Positions 39,164-53,792 of a stretch of 64,000 nucleotides of DNA are shown piece by piece. Location of the stretch: positions 46,810,001-46,874,000 of the forward strand of contig OX597814.1 in assembly GCA_951406725.2 (NCBI GenBank). Reading direction: 5' to 3'. The notes under the pieces were generated by a model. The model searched no databases. It was given only the letters and a program-made list of their open reading frames with translations, and had not been told where the DNA came from. How positions within the stretch are numbered: position 1 is the stretch's first letter; each line of letters opens with the position of its first letter. This DNA comes from Octopus vulgaris. Lineage: Eukaryota. A program made the translations under genes and the position numbers.

Positions 39164-42100
39164 TTAATGAGTAGTTCTGCTGTACTGCTTATCTCCAATC
39201 CTCTTGTGAGACCTATAATAATCTGATCTCATGTCTTCAGTTACATTGCATGGGCAAAATCTGATGCTTTTTCTTCCTGCACTCACCAATCCACATCATT
39301 TACTCATACTAATAATCTCTCTAATAAATTGGCTAATATCTTAAATGCTTAGGTGCTGCCTCAGCTCACTTATTCCCTCTGTTTTATGGAATTTAACATT
39401 ATCCATCTAACAAATTATACTTGATTCATTTCTCTCAAGGCTTCACAGATCTGCATTTACTGCTTATGTCTATCTACTATGGTGCTTAGTATTTCTTACA
39501 TATACTTTATGCTTTATAAAATCCGCTTTTTCCACAGAAAAATGAAACCAGTTTCTCAGAGGCCAACAATCATTTAAACTGCTTTTGTTTATCTCTTACT
39601 CTAGCTATTCTACTTTTAGTCAGTGACCTCCAGCACTAATTAGGTCACCTTGTAAACATAAATTGTCTATTTCTAAACTGCTGTTTGAGCAAGTTCATTT
39701 CAGTAATGAAGTCACCTAGAATATTATTTCGAATATTTCTTTGAAATTTAGAAAAAATTTATGCAATATCTATATTTATTTTAAAGGATTCAATTAAAAC
39801 TATAAGAATTATCTTTTTCCTTTTTCTGAAAAAATTATGCCAAAAGCATGTAGAATTTTTAGTATATGTATTTAAATAATTTCCATATGATCTGATAGGA
39901 ATTTTTAAACTCTGTAAACAAATTCTAATAAATTACCACCATTGCAGTGGTAACTGCCAGAAAGAGTGAAGCAATATATTTACTTTGTCCAATTATGCAC
40001 ATCCTATGTTAGATCCAGGAGAATAGACATAATATATATATTTTTTAAAAATTAGGCTTTAATCATAAATTTTCAGCTTTGTTTTCATGTAGCAGCAGTT
40101 TGATACTGCTGGTCAATTGTGAGAAAGAGTTACATATAAAACTTATTTGAATATCAATTTTAAAATCCTTTTTTCTTTGAGCTTCTACTTCAAAATTTTC
40201 TCTGATAGCTGCTGGAATAGGATAAGTTTTGCGGTCACAATTGTTTCTCTAACTGGATTCTCATTTTGCTATATGCTCAACTTCAACTGTAACAAAAAAA
40301 AAAAGAGAACAAACTTATAATTAGACAAACTGAGGCAAGTAGAGACTTGAGCCTTAGCTTCAAACATGCCTTGAATTCAATACAATAATTGTTGAAAAGC
40401 TTGATCTCATTATCATACTCATCTACAGTAGACCAATTCTATCATGTATAAAGCAATGATTATATCTCCTATTAATAGGACTAGGAAATGTTTTTGTGTA
40501 TTTGACTTTGACAGAATGAAAACTATATTAAAATGTTAAGAATATTAATTTGCAAAGTTTGTTTTTTCAGTAATTAAAAATTTGTTGGGAATTGCATAGA
40601 TTTGATATTTTAGGTTGTAGATTCTCTTCCTTGTCCCTTGGAAACATTTCTACTTAGATGAAAACTTAAATTCTGATGATTAGTAATATGCCTTAGCTTC
40701 TGAGGAATATATATTCAGTGTCATATATATAGTATATCTGTATATCATATACACAATACAATGTTAAAAGATCATGTATTAGCATTATCACACTAATTGG
40801 TTGTGTTGGGACACTATTTTGGTAACACTTTTTTTTTCTGCAAAACATTTGTAATATTCATGAGACATTTCTTTCAAAACAAATTTAGTGTCCACAACAT
40901 TTTACAATGATTGCAGCCAGCAACAATAGATAAGATATTGAATTTTTCCTTTATGAACGATAACTAAAGTCACAAGACAAAACAACTATTTCCATAAAAG
41001 TAAGAATTATTGATAAAGTAGTAAGCTTTAAAGATAAAACCAGTCATTGTGAAGGAAGAGCTTATTTGGAGATTGTTTTTTTTTTTTATTACTTCTGAAG
41101 TTTTTTTTTCTTCCTTTTTCCCCCTCAAATTATATCTAAAAAAAAATTCTTTGGCTACCATCCCATAAATTATATGATTTAGATATTTAGGAATATTACT
41201 ATATTGAGCATTCTTAAAACTACTGCTTATATTCTTGGCTAATTTAATCTATATCTTCATTCGTTGGCTTCTGTACAAATAAATAAATAAATAAATAAAT
41301 GAACTTCAAAGTTTGGCAAAGAGTTAAAATTTAAGATTATTGAACTATTACCTATCTGATTAAGAGTAAATGCCATTTCTTATCAATGTAAGCAAAAGAA
41401 TAAATTTAGTCAGATTTGACCTTGATAATGTTATATTTTAGCTTTTTTACATCATAACTTTTAAAAATCTATTAAATATTTTATCCTTTTAGATGTTTCA
41501 ATATTTCTGTGTTACACTTACTCTAGAGTAAGCTTAGTAATCAGTTACTTGAAATTTAAGTGGATCTCTTATTATAATTGATAAATATAACTCATTGTTA
41601 CTTAGCATCAAAGAAATTAGTTTTATAACCTAGCTGATAATTTCTGATAATTGCCTTGGCAGTGCTTTCTTGAAAAAATTATTCAATACAAAGTATCCAT
41701 ACTGAATAAATAATTGTTCTCAGTTGCTAATTTTACTAAAATATTGATTAAAAGAATTATTTTTTAGTATATTTCAATAAAGAGGTTTTGATTAATTGAG
41801 GTGTGGAGAATAAGCTGTGTAATTTTCATACCTTCCAAGAGAACATTAGTGGCTTAATAAGAATGATGGCTACAAAGAAAACATAAAATTAGGTCACAAA
41901 TTCAACTCTATATTGTTACCTTAAGATCTTTCATCTTCACCTTTATTGTACATTATGATATGTCATACTTAGAACAGATCATTGCATATATCTCATCATT
42001 GAATGGTTATTGATAAGCATTATATCCTTATGATTTTTGATTCTCACCCAGTATTTAAGGATTTGTCCTCTCATAAATTATGTTAAAAAAAAAGGAAACA

Positions 42101-44752
42101 AACTCCAAACTTTAAGTTGCTTACAAGAATAACACTTCTTAAATTCAAATTTCATTTATTTATTATTTTTTTGTTTTCTGTTTTGCAATCACATTTGTCC
42201 AACCTTGTGTGGGTGGGATGGTATATTATTGGTATCATTATTATAATTGTTTTTACAGCTGGATACTATATCATTAACCACTCCCTCTTGAAATAAGAGT
42301 AGATTCTGTCGTTTTGTTCAGTCAGCTAATTGCAGCAAGGAGAGTTAATGATAGGTGGTAGACATAATCAGTGATTCGCTTTAACACTATTACAAGGCCA
42401 TTACATGCCTTTTGATATAGTCCCCTATGTTACAAACATCCAAAAAGAAAATGTTAACAGGCAAGCCATTAACCTTCTGATTCAGCCATTATTTTTGTCT
42501 AATACTTTATTTTGGAACATAACACAATATGTAAAAGCTAATCAATGGCCATTTGGTCAGTAGTCCAGCTCTTGTGAAATTAGCATTGAATCATTTTGTT
42601 CATATTCCATTGCATAAGATCAGTCATGTTCAACTAAGAACATCATCCTCTTGTACATGTATTATGGAAGTGAAATGGATAAATTATTGACTTATCAGCT
42701 CTTGGTTTGTGAGCTCAGATCTTGTATTTTGCAATGAAAATCTTTTGTGCCTCAGTTTACTTAGTTGTTGAAAATATATTCCAGAACTTAAGAAAAACTT
42801 TCCCACAATAGCCTATCACCTTGTACAAGTGGATAATTGACTTTCAACTTCTTAATGTATCCAGCACTAGTGTTAAGTACCATCCCTATGGATACCTATG
42901 TTTCAAGAAGGATTAACTATATCCTATTAACATATTTTGCCTATAATTATGTGATTATTTACTTTTCTCTGACTGCCACTTAGAATATACCTATTTGATA
43001 GAAATAGGCAATTCATATTTCTGTCAGATATATTCCATTTTAGATAGTTTCTGTTTTTATGTCATGGTTCTTTAAATTTAATTTAATCTATATTAATTTT
43101 TCCTATCATTGGTTGGATGATTTCAATTCAAGTATTTAGATTTGTTTAGCAGAAATTTTTCTGGATCAATATTCTTTCTTATGTAAACAAAGAATGGTTT
43201 AGTAGAGAGGATGTGAATCAATGAGTTTTTATTGTAATTTATTGGTAACATTTTTCTTTGAAAGAACATGACATTTTTTGTGCTATTCATAGAATTAACA
43301 CCAGAAGAAGAAGAAAACATGGGACTTTTAGCATGGTTTATTGCTAATGTCTTACAGCTTTTACAAAGTAATGAAAAATGTCTAATAACGTTTATGTATC
43401 TGTTGAATTATTTTTAGATATGTTCATTACCAATTTATGTAACACTTGTATTATTGCATGCATTATAACCTTTCAGTTACAGGCACCAACAATTCTGAAT
43501 TGAATGTATTCTCTATAAAGCCTTGTTATTGAAATCAAAAACAGCAATAGTTCAGTTCTAGTTTCAGTGTATAACCTTCAGTGATATAAGATCATAAGAT
43601 TGATCTATCAACATCTTACATTTCCTAATTATCTGACTGCTCTCTTTTCATTAAGTATTTTTATAGATTTGAAAAAAAATCGTATTAATCAATTAGGGTT
43701 TTAAATTGTTTTTATTTTTTATTTCATAAGAATTTAACTTATTTAGGAAACTAATTCAGCCATTTTGTTTTGGTTGCCGATACAAAGTAAAAACCAATTT
43801 ATAAACTGTTATTTTGTCAAACCAATAGCTCAACATTTGGACAAATCTGCCAAATTGATTGAATGCTGTACCGTTTATTTTTATATTTTCTACATTTTGT
43901 ATATTGAATATTAAATCCATTTTGTGCCATGAATAGTTATTGATTACAAAATAACAGTATCTCTTTATGTGTATAAACAAAATTGTTTTAAATGATATCA
44001 AACAACTTGAGAGAAAAAAACTCAATAAAGGTGGGAGATAAATCAAGGCAAATTTATGGTGCACTTCCTTTGATTTTCTGCAGATCGCCATGAAAAATTA
44101 ATTACTCAAAATACAATCTATGAACAGTTAAACTACTTCTACTGCAAACAACAGCAATAGCTTCAACAATCAGTATTGCTATGGTTATTATTATTTCTGA
44201 TCTGCAACTTCATTTTATTAATGTATTTCCAGTTTATTGACTTTTATGTTTTTCCTCCATACTCTTGGACATAATTAATATTAATGATGTTACAGAAGTT
44301 AAATGAAGGCTCAATCAAACTGCAGAAAATTTACGAGGAACTGATAGAATTGATAATGTTGTTGTCTTTGTTGGTTAAAATTCCATAATTTAAACAAATT
44401 TCTTGAAGTAAGAAACTTATGGGAAATATTTATAAATTTATTTTCATGATTAATTTGTAACTACATATCAAAAAAGATCTTTTTTCATGACTAAAGGAAA
44501 TTTAACTCATGAACCACAAACACTTTTGTTGCACTTTTGATAGGAACAGAGTTCAACTGCTATAGGACTGTAAGTATAGCTGTATGGTTAAGAAGTTTAT
44601 TTTAAAATCACATGGTTCCAGTTATATTTTTAGAGAGTCTAATATAAAATATTCTTTCTATATTTTATCTTAAATGTAGCTACTATTCACTGTGAAGCTG
44701 TTAAAGAAAATATGTTAATCTCTATTTATTTAATTATTCTATTTGTTTCTAG

Positions 44753-44871
44753 TACTATTTGGGATGTATGCTGATGAAGCCTTCAGTTATATACAAAAAG
44801 AAGAAATGGATCGACGTATTTTAGAAACTGAACAACAAGTTTCCCAGTCGCTTTCAGAACTTTTTAAAGAG
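44753..44871 (+). CDS. USP32: USP32 coding exon (exon 4 equivalent)
   Basis: tttctag acceptor, GAG/gtaata donor; 119 nt. Encodes (L)LFGMYADEAFSYIQKEEMDRRILETEQQVSQSLSELFKE; phase 1 in, phase 0 out. Confidence 0.9.
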
Positions 44872-45945
44872 GTAATATAGAGCAGCCATATATATGTATA
44901 AATAAATCAAATAAATTGAATGTTTGTTGTTGTTTTGGAGATTGGGAACAGTAGATTAATAATATCAAGCTTAAGAAAAGAAATATTTTAATGTAGAATC
45001 AAATATTTCAGGTTTCAAAATGTTACAATTAAAAAAAAAAAATTCAGGAGTTTTAAACTGTTGAACACTGGGATCAATGTAATCAACTTATACCCTCTCC
45101 TAAAATTTTCTAGCATTGTGCTAAAATTTGAAATCAATATTTTGAGATAATTATTCAAAAAGTAATTTTTTGTTTCTGACTTTAACTTATTTATATTTAG
45201 AGTAATATCTTATGCTACAAATATAAGTAGAGGTTAAATATGGGAAAAGAATGCTTTGTGTACATTTGGTATAAACAATATATTAAATATGTAAAGTTTT
45301 TAAAAAAAATATTGTTTTTCTTCTGACTGTAATAATTAAATTGCAGTTGATATTATTTTTATTAATGCATTATGCATAAGAAGCAGTAAAAATATTTCAA
45401 TTGACTATTTCTCTTCCCTGTAATTCTTGGCTTTATTGGAAATCAATATTATTAATTTCTGATATGGCTATAGTATGAAAATTGAATTTTCTAACTAATA
45501 TTTATTTTTAATTAACACCTTTTATTAATAAAATAAACAGTTATCTTAAGCAGAAAATTTAAAAACCTTAAGTAAATGTGTGATTGCTTTAAAGTTTACA
45601 CAAGTTTTTCATAGCTATACAAATTATGAAATATTGTTAGTGAGGATTAGAATTGGCAATTCATTTTCCATGGGTTTCTTATAAAATGGTTTTGAACGAT
45701 TTAATAATTGAAAAATATTACATTTTCAAGATATGTTTATGAAAGCAGTTGCATTGATGTATAGATTTAATATATGAAACAAGGCATCCCCTCAGGTCTT
45801 CATGCTTTTATAAGCTATGTGAAGCTTTCAGCCTTACAATTGAATGTTTTATGAAAACGACTTTAGAAATAGAGTGGTGGGGATGTCAACTGATAATGTT
45901 TGAGTGATTCTTTCTATTTTCTGTTTTTTCCAATCACATCTATAG

Positions 45946-46105
45946 TGTGACCAAGTGACCTATGAACAATTTAGTTCCTGGGTGAGTTTACATCCTGATG
46001 CCACTCTTTTAACCAAATGGTTGTTGTCAGAACCTCTCAGTGTGACATTATCCAATGACATGGAAACACCAACATTTTACCAAACTTTGGCTGGAGTTAC
46101 ACATT
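45946..46105 (+). CDS. USP32: USP32 coding exon (exon 5 equivalent)
   Basis: ctatag acceptor, T/gtaagt donor; 160 nt. Encodes CDQVTYEQFSSWVSLHPDATLLTKWLLSEPLSVTLSNDMETPTFYQTLAGVTH, including the USP32 signature TPTFYQTLAGVTHL. Confidence 0.96.
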
Positions 46106-47292
46106 GTAAGTATAAAACCATAATAAATTGATAGTCTCTTATCTGATCAATAAATCATTTAGGTTTGTGTTTCCTCTAAACATTACAACTATGTTGCTAT
46201 AGAGAGTGAGAGAGGCAGATAAGAAAAGTGAGGATCATACCAAGAGTGTAAAGGATAGCATGATTTTTAAGGATGTATATGATTTCCATACTATTTTTGA
46301 TTTTCAATATTACTACTGTCCTTCTGATTTACATGTTAAAAAGGATACTGAATCTATGTACTTAAGATATTGCCACCTCATTTAAGTAGGGTTTCTCCTA
46401 GTACTTTGGTTTCATGAGATATTCTATTCAAGATATGAACAGTAATTGCTAAAAACTATTTTTCAAAAGAAACTGATTACAAAATTAAAGCTCTTAATAT
46501 GTTATATGACAACTAGATTAAAATTCTGTCAAGGAAAAAGGTAAAAAAAAACAAAAAAACTGAAGTGGTTAGTACCTGTCTATGACAGTTACTACACTGA
46601 AATTGCGTTTTTTTTTAAACATTTAAATTTGAAATAAACAAACAGTTGTTTCATTATATTTTAACTTCATAGTTTTTAGATTTCAGTAAGTTAATTAGAA
46701 GTATAAGTTTATCTTGCATTTCTAAGTATCTTATTTGCAACGTAGTACTCCTATTAATTAGTTGATTAATTCATTCTACCAATTATGCATATTATACATA
46801 CTCATTTAATTCTGTCAGAGTTTGTGTATATACTTTAAAAATAGCTATAAGCCAAATATTTTCTCTATGATCAGTGAATTGAATAATTAATCTCTGATGA
46901 AATAGTAATCAATGCTGAAACTAGTTGCCTAATTTCCTTTTTCTGCCGCAGAAAAATTTCCAAAGGGTCTATTATTTTGCAATGAAGCCAAAGTGTGTGT
47001 TTACATAAAACACACATTGAAGTTTATTTAATTATCCTATTGCTATGTAATGCTCCTATTAATTAATTAGTAAGAGTTATGTTAAATTTTGAGTAATATT
47101 TTCTGCTTATTATTTTCTTTTTTCTCTTGTTTCTGATTATACCTCTTAATCACCTCTTAAGATATAATTTAAAAGCATTCTGTTCTGTTTTCATTGCATT
47201 TGTTGACATGTATAAAAATGTTAAACACCCTGCTCTTCCCCCAAAAAGCATTTCTATGAATATTTCATTTATGGCTGTATGGTATTTCATTT

Positions 47293-47670
47293 GTGGCTGT
47301 GTGGTAAGAAACTTGCTTCCCAATCACATAGTTCCAGGTTCAGTTCTGCTGTGTGGCACCTTAGACGAATGTCTTCTACTAGTCTTGGGCCAACCAAAGC
47401 CTTGTGTGTGGATTTGGTAAACAGAAACTGAAAGAAGCCCGTCATATGTATATATCTATGTGTGTGTGTCTTTGTGTCTGTATTTGCCCCCCCACCTCTA
47501 GCTTGACAACTGGTGTTGGTGTGTTTACATCCCCAGAACTTAGCAATTTGGCAATAGTGACCAATAGATTATAAGAAAAAGTCCTGAGGTTGATTTGTTT
47601 GACTAAAACTCTTCAAGGCAATGCCCCAGTATGGCTGCAGTTAAATGACTGAAACAAGTAAAAGATAAAG
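47293..47670 (+). mobile_element. Full-length tRNA-derived SINE
   Basis: Head gtggctgtgtggtaagaaacttgcttcccaatcacatagttccaggttcagttc; internal TA/TG tract; tail gccccagtatggctgcagttaaatgactgaaacaagtaaaagataaa. Confidence 0.9.
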
Positions 47671-47699
47671 GAATACTTTATCATTTTGTCACATTGGTT

Positions 47700-50120
47700 T
47701 CAGGCAGAGGCTGAGGCCATGCTGGGGCACCACCTTTCAGTGTCACTGGGTCTCTTTCCTTTATTGTTTCTGGTGAAGTAACAAGTCCAATGGTGCTGTT
47801 CTTCTTTGTGTCTCCTGCAGTGGTTTGTGTTCATCTGGTATCTCAGATAAAACTTTGTCTTGACATTCTTCAAAGACTGCCCCATCTACACCTCGCAAAT
47901 CCCTGAGGCTGTTTGGCAGAATATTGAATAGTTATTGGACCCTTGAACCCCAGGCTGTAACAGTACTGGATCCTTATTCTAGATGGAAAAGATGGAAGCT
48001 TTGGTACTATGCAGTGTTGTCAAGTTCAGGGGTTGGTATAGCTTTCAGTTCCAAAGTTGGGAGCTAGGCCTTCCAGAATCTTCCATTTGTATATAACTGC
48101 ATATCTTTCCCATCTTCTATCTTGGGAGTAGGGCTTCAGTTCCTTTAGCCTCTCCTAGTAGCTCATATGTTGCACCAGGTCAATCTTCTTAATGTAGTGG
48201 TGCTGGATTGCTTTGATTTCTGCCATCAGTTTGACACTCTGCAGTGACCACAGTTGGGAGCACTTATCCAAATGACTGAGAACAAAAGTTCTATATAGGA
48301 GTAGCTTGGTATCCTTTTTATTGGTTGTGAATGATCTCAGAATTCATCCAGCAACTCACCTGCACATTGTTGCCATCTTGGAAATATGCACATGGAGTGT
48401 TGCATCATTATACATGTGAATTCCCAGGTCATGCACCAACTCTGACTCTGGGATTGCACTATCCCCTGTTCCTGTGTATTCTGATCATATTTGTGGGCTG
48501 ATAGTATAGTACTTGAAACTTCTCAGCATTGAATTACATGTTACTTTCATCAGGTTTTTCTGGGTTTTTTTAGGATGTCATCAGGGTCATTGATTGCCAG
48601 TGATACTTTTATATCATCAGCTTAGCTGTTGTGAGTGGCCAACTATAGGGCCGAGGGTATCTCTGAGAGCCACCGCAAGCATTTGTGGTTCCAGTACAGT
48701 TCCTTAAGGAACTTTGCTGAGAATTGATGTTTCCCCAGAAAAAGCACCATTGGCTTTAATTGTCTGGAGTATCTGTTTTACATTTGACTTCCAGTCAGCC
48801 TTGTAGAAGTTCAGACTCGATATGGTTTGGGTGCCATCTGTGTGGAATACATCTTTAATTAGTCTTGGACAATACATCGTCAGTTCTATCATGTTGGGGC
48901 CTGAGAAAGCTGTCAGTGATATTTTCATATTGTCGGTGAAACAGAGGTCTAATATGTTAACATTTCTGGTTGGAGACAGTATGGTTTGCTCTGTGAACAT
49001 CATTCCATGAGATCAAGCAGAGATTCTGCTTACTGATGTTCTTTGCATGTCATTCCTGAGATTGTCACTTTCTGGCCATCTGATGTTGGGGCAGTTGAAG
49101 ACCTCCATCAGAAGTGCATTAATATATTGATCTATCTTTGTTAGTACTTCTTTTATCATTGTAAGGCTATCCTCAAATTCATAATTATGATTTGAGACAT
49201 TGGACAGACAACATAATGTGCATAATACCACATAAAATTACTTTAAAAGCTCTATGAGTTTCAAACTGAGTTTGAATATGGCAAGATTAGTGATGTGACA
49301 TCTTCATAGATGTACAATGCAACTCCACTGTGACTTGTTTCTCTTCTGTCTGCATGGAACACAGCATACATAGGTATGTGTATCTCTGTGTCAATTGTAT
49401 CTACAGGCAGATGTGTCTCTAAGTGCAATGCATATTGTTCAATTGCATACAAAAAGATCCTTCAGTACATGATTTTGTGCTTGTTGTTGCTTTGTGGGAG
49501 GCCTTTGATATTTACTAGTAGAATTGGTATGATGGTCGGCTTAGTGGTAAGTCTATTGTTTGTGTAGGGGTGCTCATGGCTTAGTTTTGTTTGTAACCAT
49601 TTTAGCTGCTGCACTATCTTTTGTAACACATTTAAAAAATTCTGCTGTTCTACAGTTGCAACTTGCACTGCATCTGCATACAGCTTTTTTAGTGGTCTTA
49701 CTTGTGGGTCTGCATTGGGACATGAGTCTCTCTGGGTGTGTTTTTATTCTATCTTGTTGGTTTATTGGAGAGTGGTTTTTGCCATGGATTCCATTCTGCC
49801 TGAACTTTGGATGTGGAAAATGGCAGTTCATCCCCATCTCTCCATGTCAGCAGACATGTTAAGTTTACAAAATTTTCAGAATGAAGTATAGCATGTGTTC
49901 ATCACCAAGTTGCCGTATTTTATGTCATATCAATAAGATAGGTTTCTTTCGTAGTTGTTTATTAGAATATTTTTGCCTGAAGCAACTATTTTAAACAGAA
50001 TAGAGATAATATTTACAAAGCATTTGCTTTGCTCTTTCATTCTACCATCTAACCCCAAGCTTTGATTAATAACAAATTTAATATATTTGCTTTTTTTCAG
50101 TCTCCTTAGCACTTCAAATT
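47700..50120 (-). mobile_element. Decayed, internally deleted non-LTR retrotransposon (APE endonuclease plus RT; CR1/L2/Jockey group)
   Basis: Minus strand: LLVNIKGL, DRRETSHSGVALYI, PTRNVNILDLCFT and LNFYKADW (endonuclease side), then SKVP*GTVLEP and an ADDIK-like RT motif at ~48610-48625; many stops. Confidence 0.85.
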
Positions 50121-50902
50121 AAACAAGTACAAATCTAATATAGCCTTCATTTTTATGTCATAAAACATTATTAATTAAAATAAGTGGAGAGGGTTTTTTG
50201 TTAAGTACATATTATGCAAATAAATAAATTACAAAAAGATAGGTATATTATATATAAAGGGAAGATATAAAAATATATTGTGAGAAAGGGAGGTGTAGGG
50301 AGATTTGGAGAAAATATTAGCCCAAAATAATGTAGGTCATGTAGTTATAGAAGGGAGTGTTAAATAGTAAATATATATCAATATAGTATGTGCAGAGGAT
50401 GTGATGATTAATAATTCAATTCTATATTTCAAAAAGATAGAGATATTAGGAAAAAAAAGAAAATGTTATTAAAAAATTAAGATAAGGTGGGGGGAATATT
50501 ATTTAAGATTAATCAAAAGGAATTTGGTCCTGTGTTTACATGAAAAAATTTTTTCATCTCTAGTGTTAACCAGATGTCCATTCATTCTCATTATGTTGTA
50601 ACTTTCTTCCAAACATAACCTACAAATTTTGTTATTATAATCAGTAAGATGGGGCAGAAGATAGGATTTTCCAAGATATTGAGTAATCGATATTGTTTCA
50701 TTTGAGTTGCCAAATTTTTTTAGCTAGACCTGTGCTATTTTCTTTTCTAGGCTCATTAAAGGAAGATCTATGATTATTTATTCATGATTTTATAGAATTT
50801 TTCGTGCAACCAATGTATATATATTAAGAGGAGTTATGAGTAATAATGGTTGCTTGGTATACTACTCCATTTCAATATATTTATGTAATTTTTACATTGT
50901 AG

Positions 50903-51034
50903 TGGAAGAGACAGATATTAATGAACTTGAAAAATGCTATTGGGACCTAAAGGAAAAATCAAAATCTGGTCGGTTTGACCAAGAGACATTCAAGCAACTT
51001 ATTTGTCCACCTGTACCAGATATGTTATGTGAAG
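50903..51034 (+). CDS. USP32: USP32 coding exon (exon 6 equivalent)
   Basis: ttgtag acceptor, G/gtgagt donor; 132 nt. Encodes (L)EETDINELEKCYWDLKEKSKSGRFDQETFKQLICPPVPDMLCE. Confidence 0.95.
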
Positions 51035-52029
51035 GTGAGTAAATATTGTTAAAAGATTTTCTTTTTGCATTTAACTTTCTAATAAAACTAAAATGTTCCT
51101 TCTCTTTCTCTAGATATCTTTCTTCATTTTTAAAAAATTCTGTAATGAATTCAAAACTTCTTAACAGTCACTACAACATGATAACATGATAAAGATTTAT
51201 ATTGTATATTCCTGTTGAACATCAGCTTTATCTTAGCTGTTGTTTAATATTTTTACATTAATCAGTTGCTTCACATATCTGAAATAGATAATACTGCTAC
51301 TACAGATTCAAACATTATAAATTTCTTAAAGAAAGCTATTCAGCTGATCAACATTGATTCCTTCATCAATATGCTACAACCACTAGCTTACAGGTGTGCT
51401 GTTTCTCCACCTCTTCTATAATGATAGGTGTATAACTTGTGTTCCTCTAAACTAGCTTACAATATATCATCCCTGCTGTATCTCACTCTCCAGGTTTTGT
51501 ACTAAGCTCATTTTTGCAATCAATTCTCCCCAGACTTCAAATCTGAAATATTATTTTAATCTACATTTTACTCAACTGATGTTGTCATAATTTATAGCTG
51601 CTCAAGTTGGATATCACCCACATCAGTTTCACCAGTCTTAGATGGGCTCCATAGAACATGGACATTATTCCTTCTCCTTGGATTAGTTAATAACAATTTT
51701 GTTTCAACTGTTAAATACCAAAAAATTATCCCCTTCATAACATTTATTTGTTTGATTGATTGCATGAGGGTCTACTCTGGTGTCTTAGAGAAACTGTCAA
51801 ATTTATGAAGTTCTAAAGTTTTATTGGTGATTATTAAGATTTTTAGTAAATGATTTCATTATGTATTTCAGACTTACCCAATATCATATTCTGAGTAAGT
51901 TACAGATTATAAAGAGAACCAGTTAAAGAATGAAATGTGATAGAATTATATCCACATACCTAAGATACATAGCAATAGAATTTCCTTCAGATATTGGTGT
52001 TTATTGTAGTTGCTTGTAATTTATGCACA

Positions 52030-52235
52030 AGGCCAGTAATTTTGAGGGTTGGGAATTAATCATTACCATTGATCCCTACCTACTGTACTTGATTGATATA
52101 GTATTTTATCAACCTCAGATGGAGGAAAATCGAAGTTGGTCTCCATAAGATTTGAGCCTAGACTATAAAGAGCCAGAATAAATTACTTCAAAGCACATTT
52201 TCTAGCATTCTAATCATTCTGTCAGCTTGCTGCTG
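52030..52235 (-). mobile_element. Decayed Nin-domain-like SINE
   Basis: ttttatcaacctcagatggaggaaaatcgaagttggtctc...attctgtcagcttgc is a diverged reverse complement of the 31785-31965 family. Confidence 0.55.
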
Positions 52236-52999
52236 TATAGAGATTTCAATAATAGTACAGAATATACGCAATATAGAGGAAATTTTCCTTTTGTTTACAT
52301 CTGTTTCAGTGAATAATGGGTCAACTATCTCTTAACATTTATATTAACTTTTACCTTCACTGATGTTGTTTAGCCTCAGGTCAACTTTGAGCAAACTCAC
52401 AATTAAAGGCAATGTCATCTGATCAGTACGTGCCATTTGTTTTTACATTTTTCATTGTTGTTGTATACTAGACATATTTAAGTATTTATGACTATATATT
52501 CAACATGTTATTTGAAAGATACATGGTTGCTATTTCTAGCAGTTTGAGTGAGCATGTAAAGATTTCTGTTTTGGACATCAATGATATGAATTCATTGTCA
52601 TGAAGTTGATGCAGAGATACTAATTTAACAAAAGTAGTTTCTTCGTTCATTTGTCCTTGCATATTTACTTGGGATGTAAATAATTTTTGTGTGTTTTGTG
52701 TGTCTGTGTTTGTAATCAGTTTTCTATTAGATGTGGTTTTGGGTGGCTTTATTTGTAGCAGCATCATCGTTCCAGATGATGGAGAAGTATTCCATTTGTG
52801 AGTCTCCTTTGTGCTCTATAAAGAGTCAGCAATTATTCGGAGATGAAGTAGGATAGTCTTTAGTATACTGTTTTTATTGTGTTAGAAATGTGGAGTTACC
52901 ATGAGAGATTATCTTGTCAATCTCTTTACTCTCTCTCTCTACAGAGTTATGTCTTGATCTTTAGAAATATGATGCAGTATGTTCCACCTGCTCTGACTC

Positions 53000-53700
53000 C
53001 ACCAACTATTCACCTATTACACGTTACTTCTAATATGTTATTGGTGATAGGAAACACTCATTAACAAGCTCCATCTCCAATACTTTGAGTATTTTTCTCT
53101 TCTCTGTGACCACCAGTTTGGTTTTAATAAACCAGATCTGTTATGCAGTTGCTTTGTTATTCACCAATGGTTCACTCTGTTTTGAGAAATTCATTAAATG
53201 TAATGATGCACTTGAAATCAACAAAGTATTTTACTGTTGTATGAGAAGTTCCTGGCTATGTTGCTTACTTATGGACTTTATTGTCTCTTGTGTTGGAAGT
53301 TTCCTGTCTATTCACACCATCACAATATACACTGATGACGCTTTTCTGCCTCATAGTTCTCCATCAACTCTTGTGTCCTATTGTTTGATTATGTTCCCAA
53401 TATTCTCATCTCTATGTGTTAACAATATGCATTCCTATGCACTTGATACCAGACTTCTCTCCTCATGAACCTCTATTCACATTCACAAGCATCATTCAAC
53501 CCAGGTACCTCATTTCAAATCTATACTGCCTTCACCAACAGACCTATTGAAAACCTACTGTAATTGAGATATAACAATCTTGTTTCTTTCAACAGCACAA
53601 AGATACAATCACTGCACATATTGAAGAAACCATCTTCTGTAGTTTTGGATAACACTTATGTTGAAAGATGCTACTTGCAATATTGAGAAGTAAGAGGGAA
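53000..53700 (+). mobile_element. Very old LINE RT relic
   Basis: DHQFGF-like (~53108-53125), ALEINKVF (cf. ALDISKAF) and IYTDD (cf. YADD), in order but compressed by deletions. Confidence 0.5.
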
Positions 53701-53792
53701 ATTTCCATACTAGAAGCAAGTATGGAATTATTCAATATTATGTAGTCAATGTAATGAAATGGTTTACAATAGTTATTGTAAGTCATCATGTA

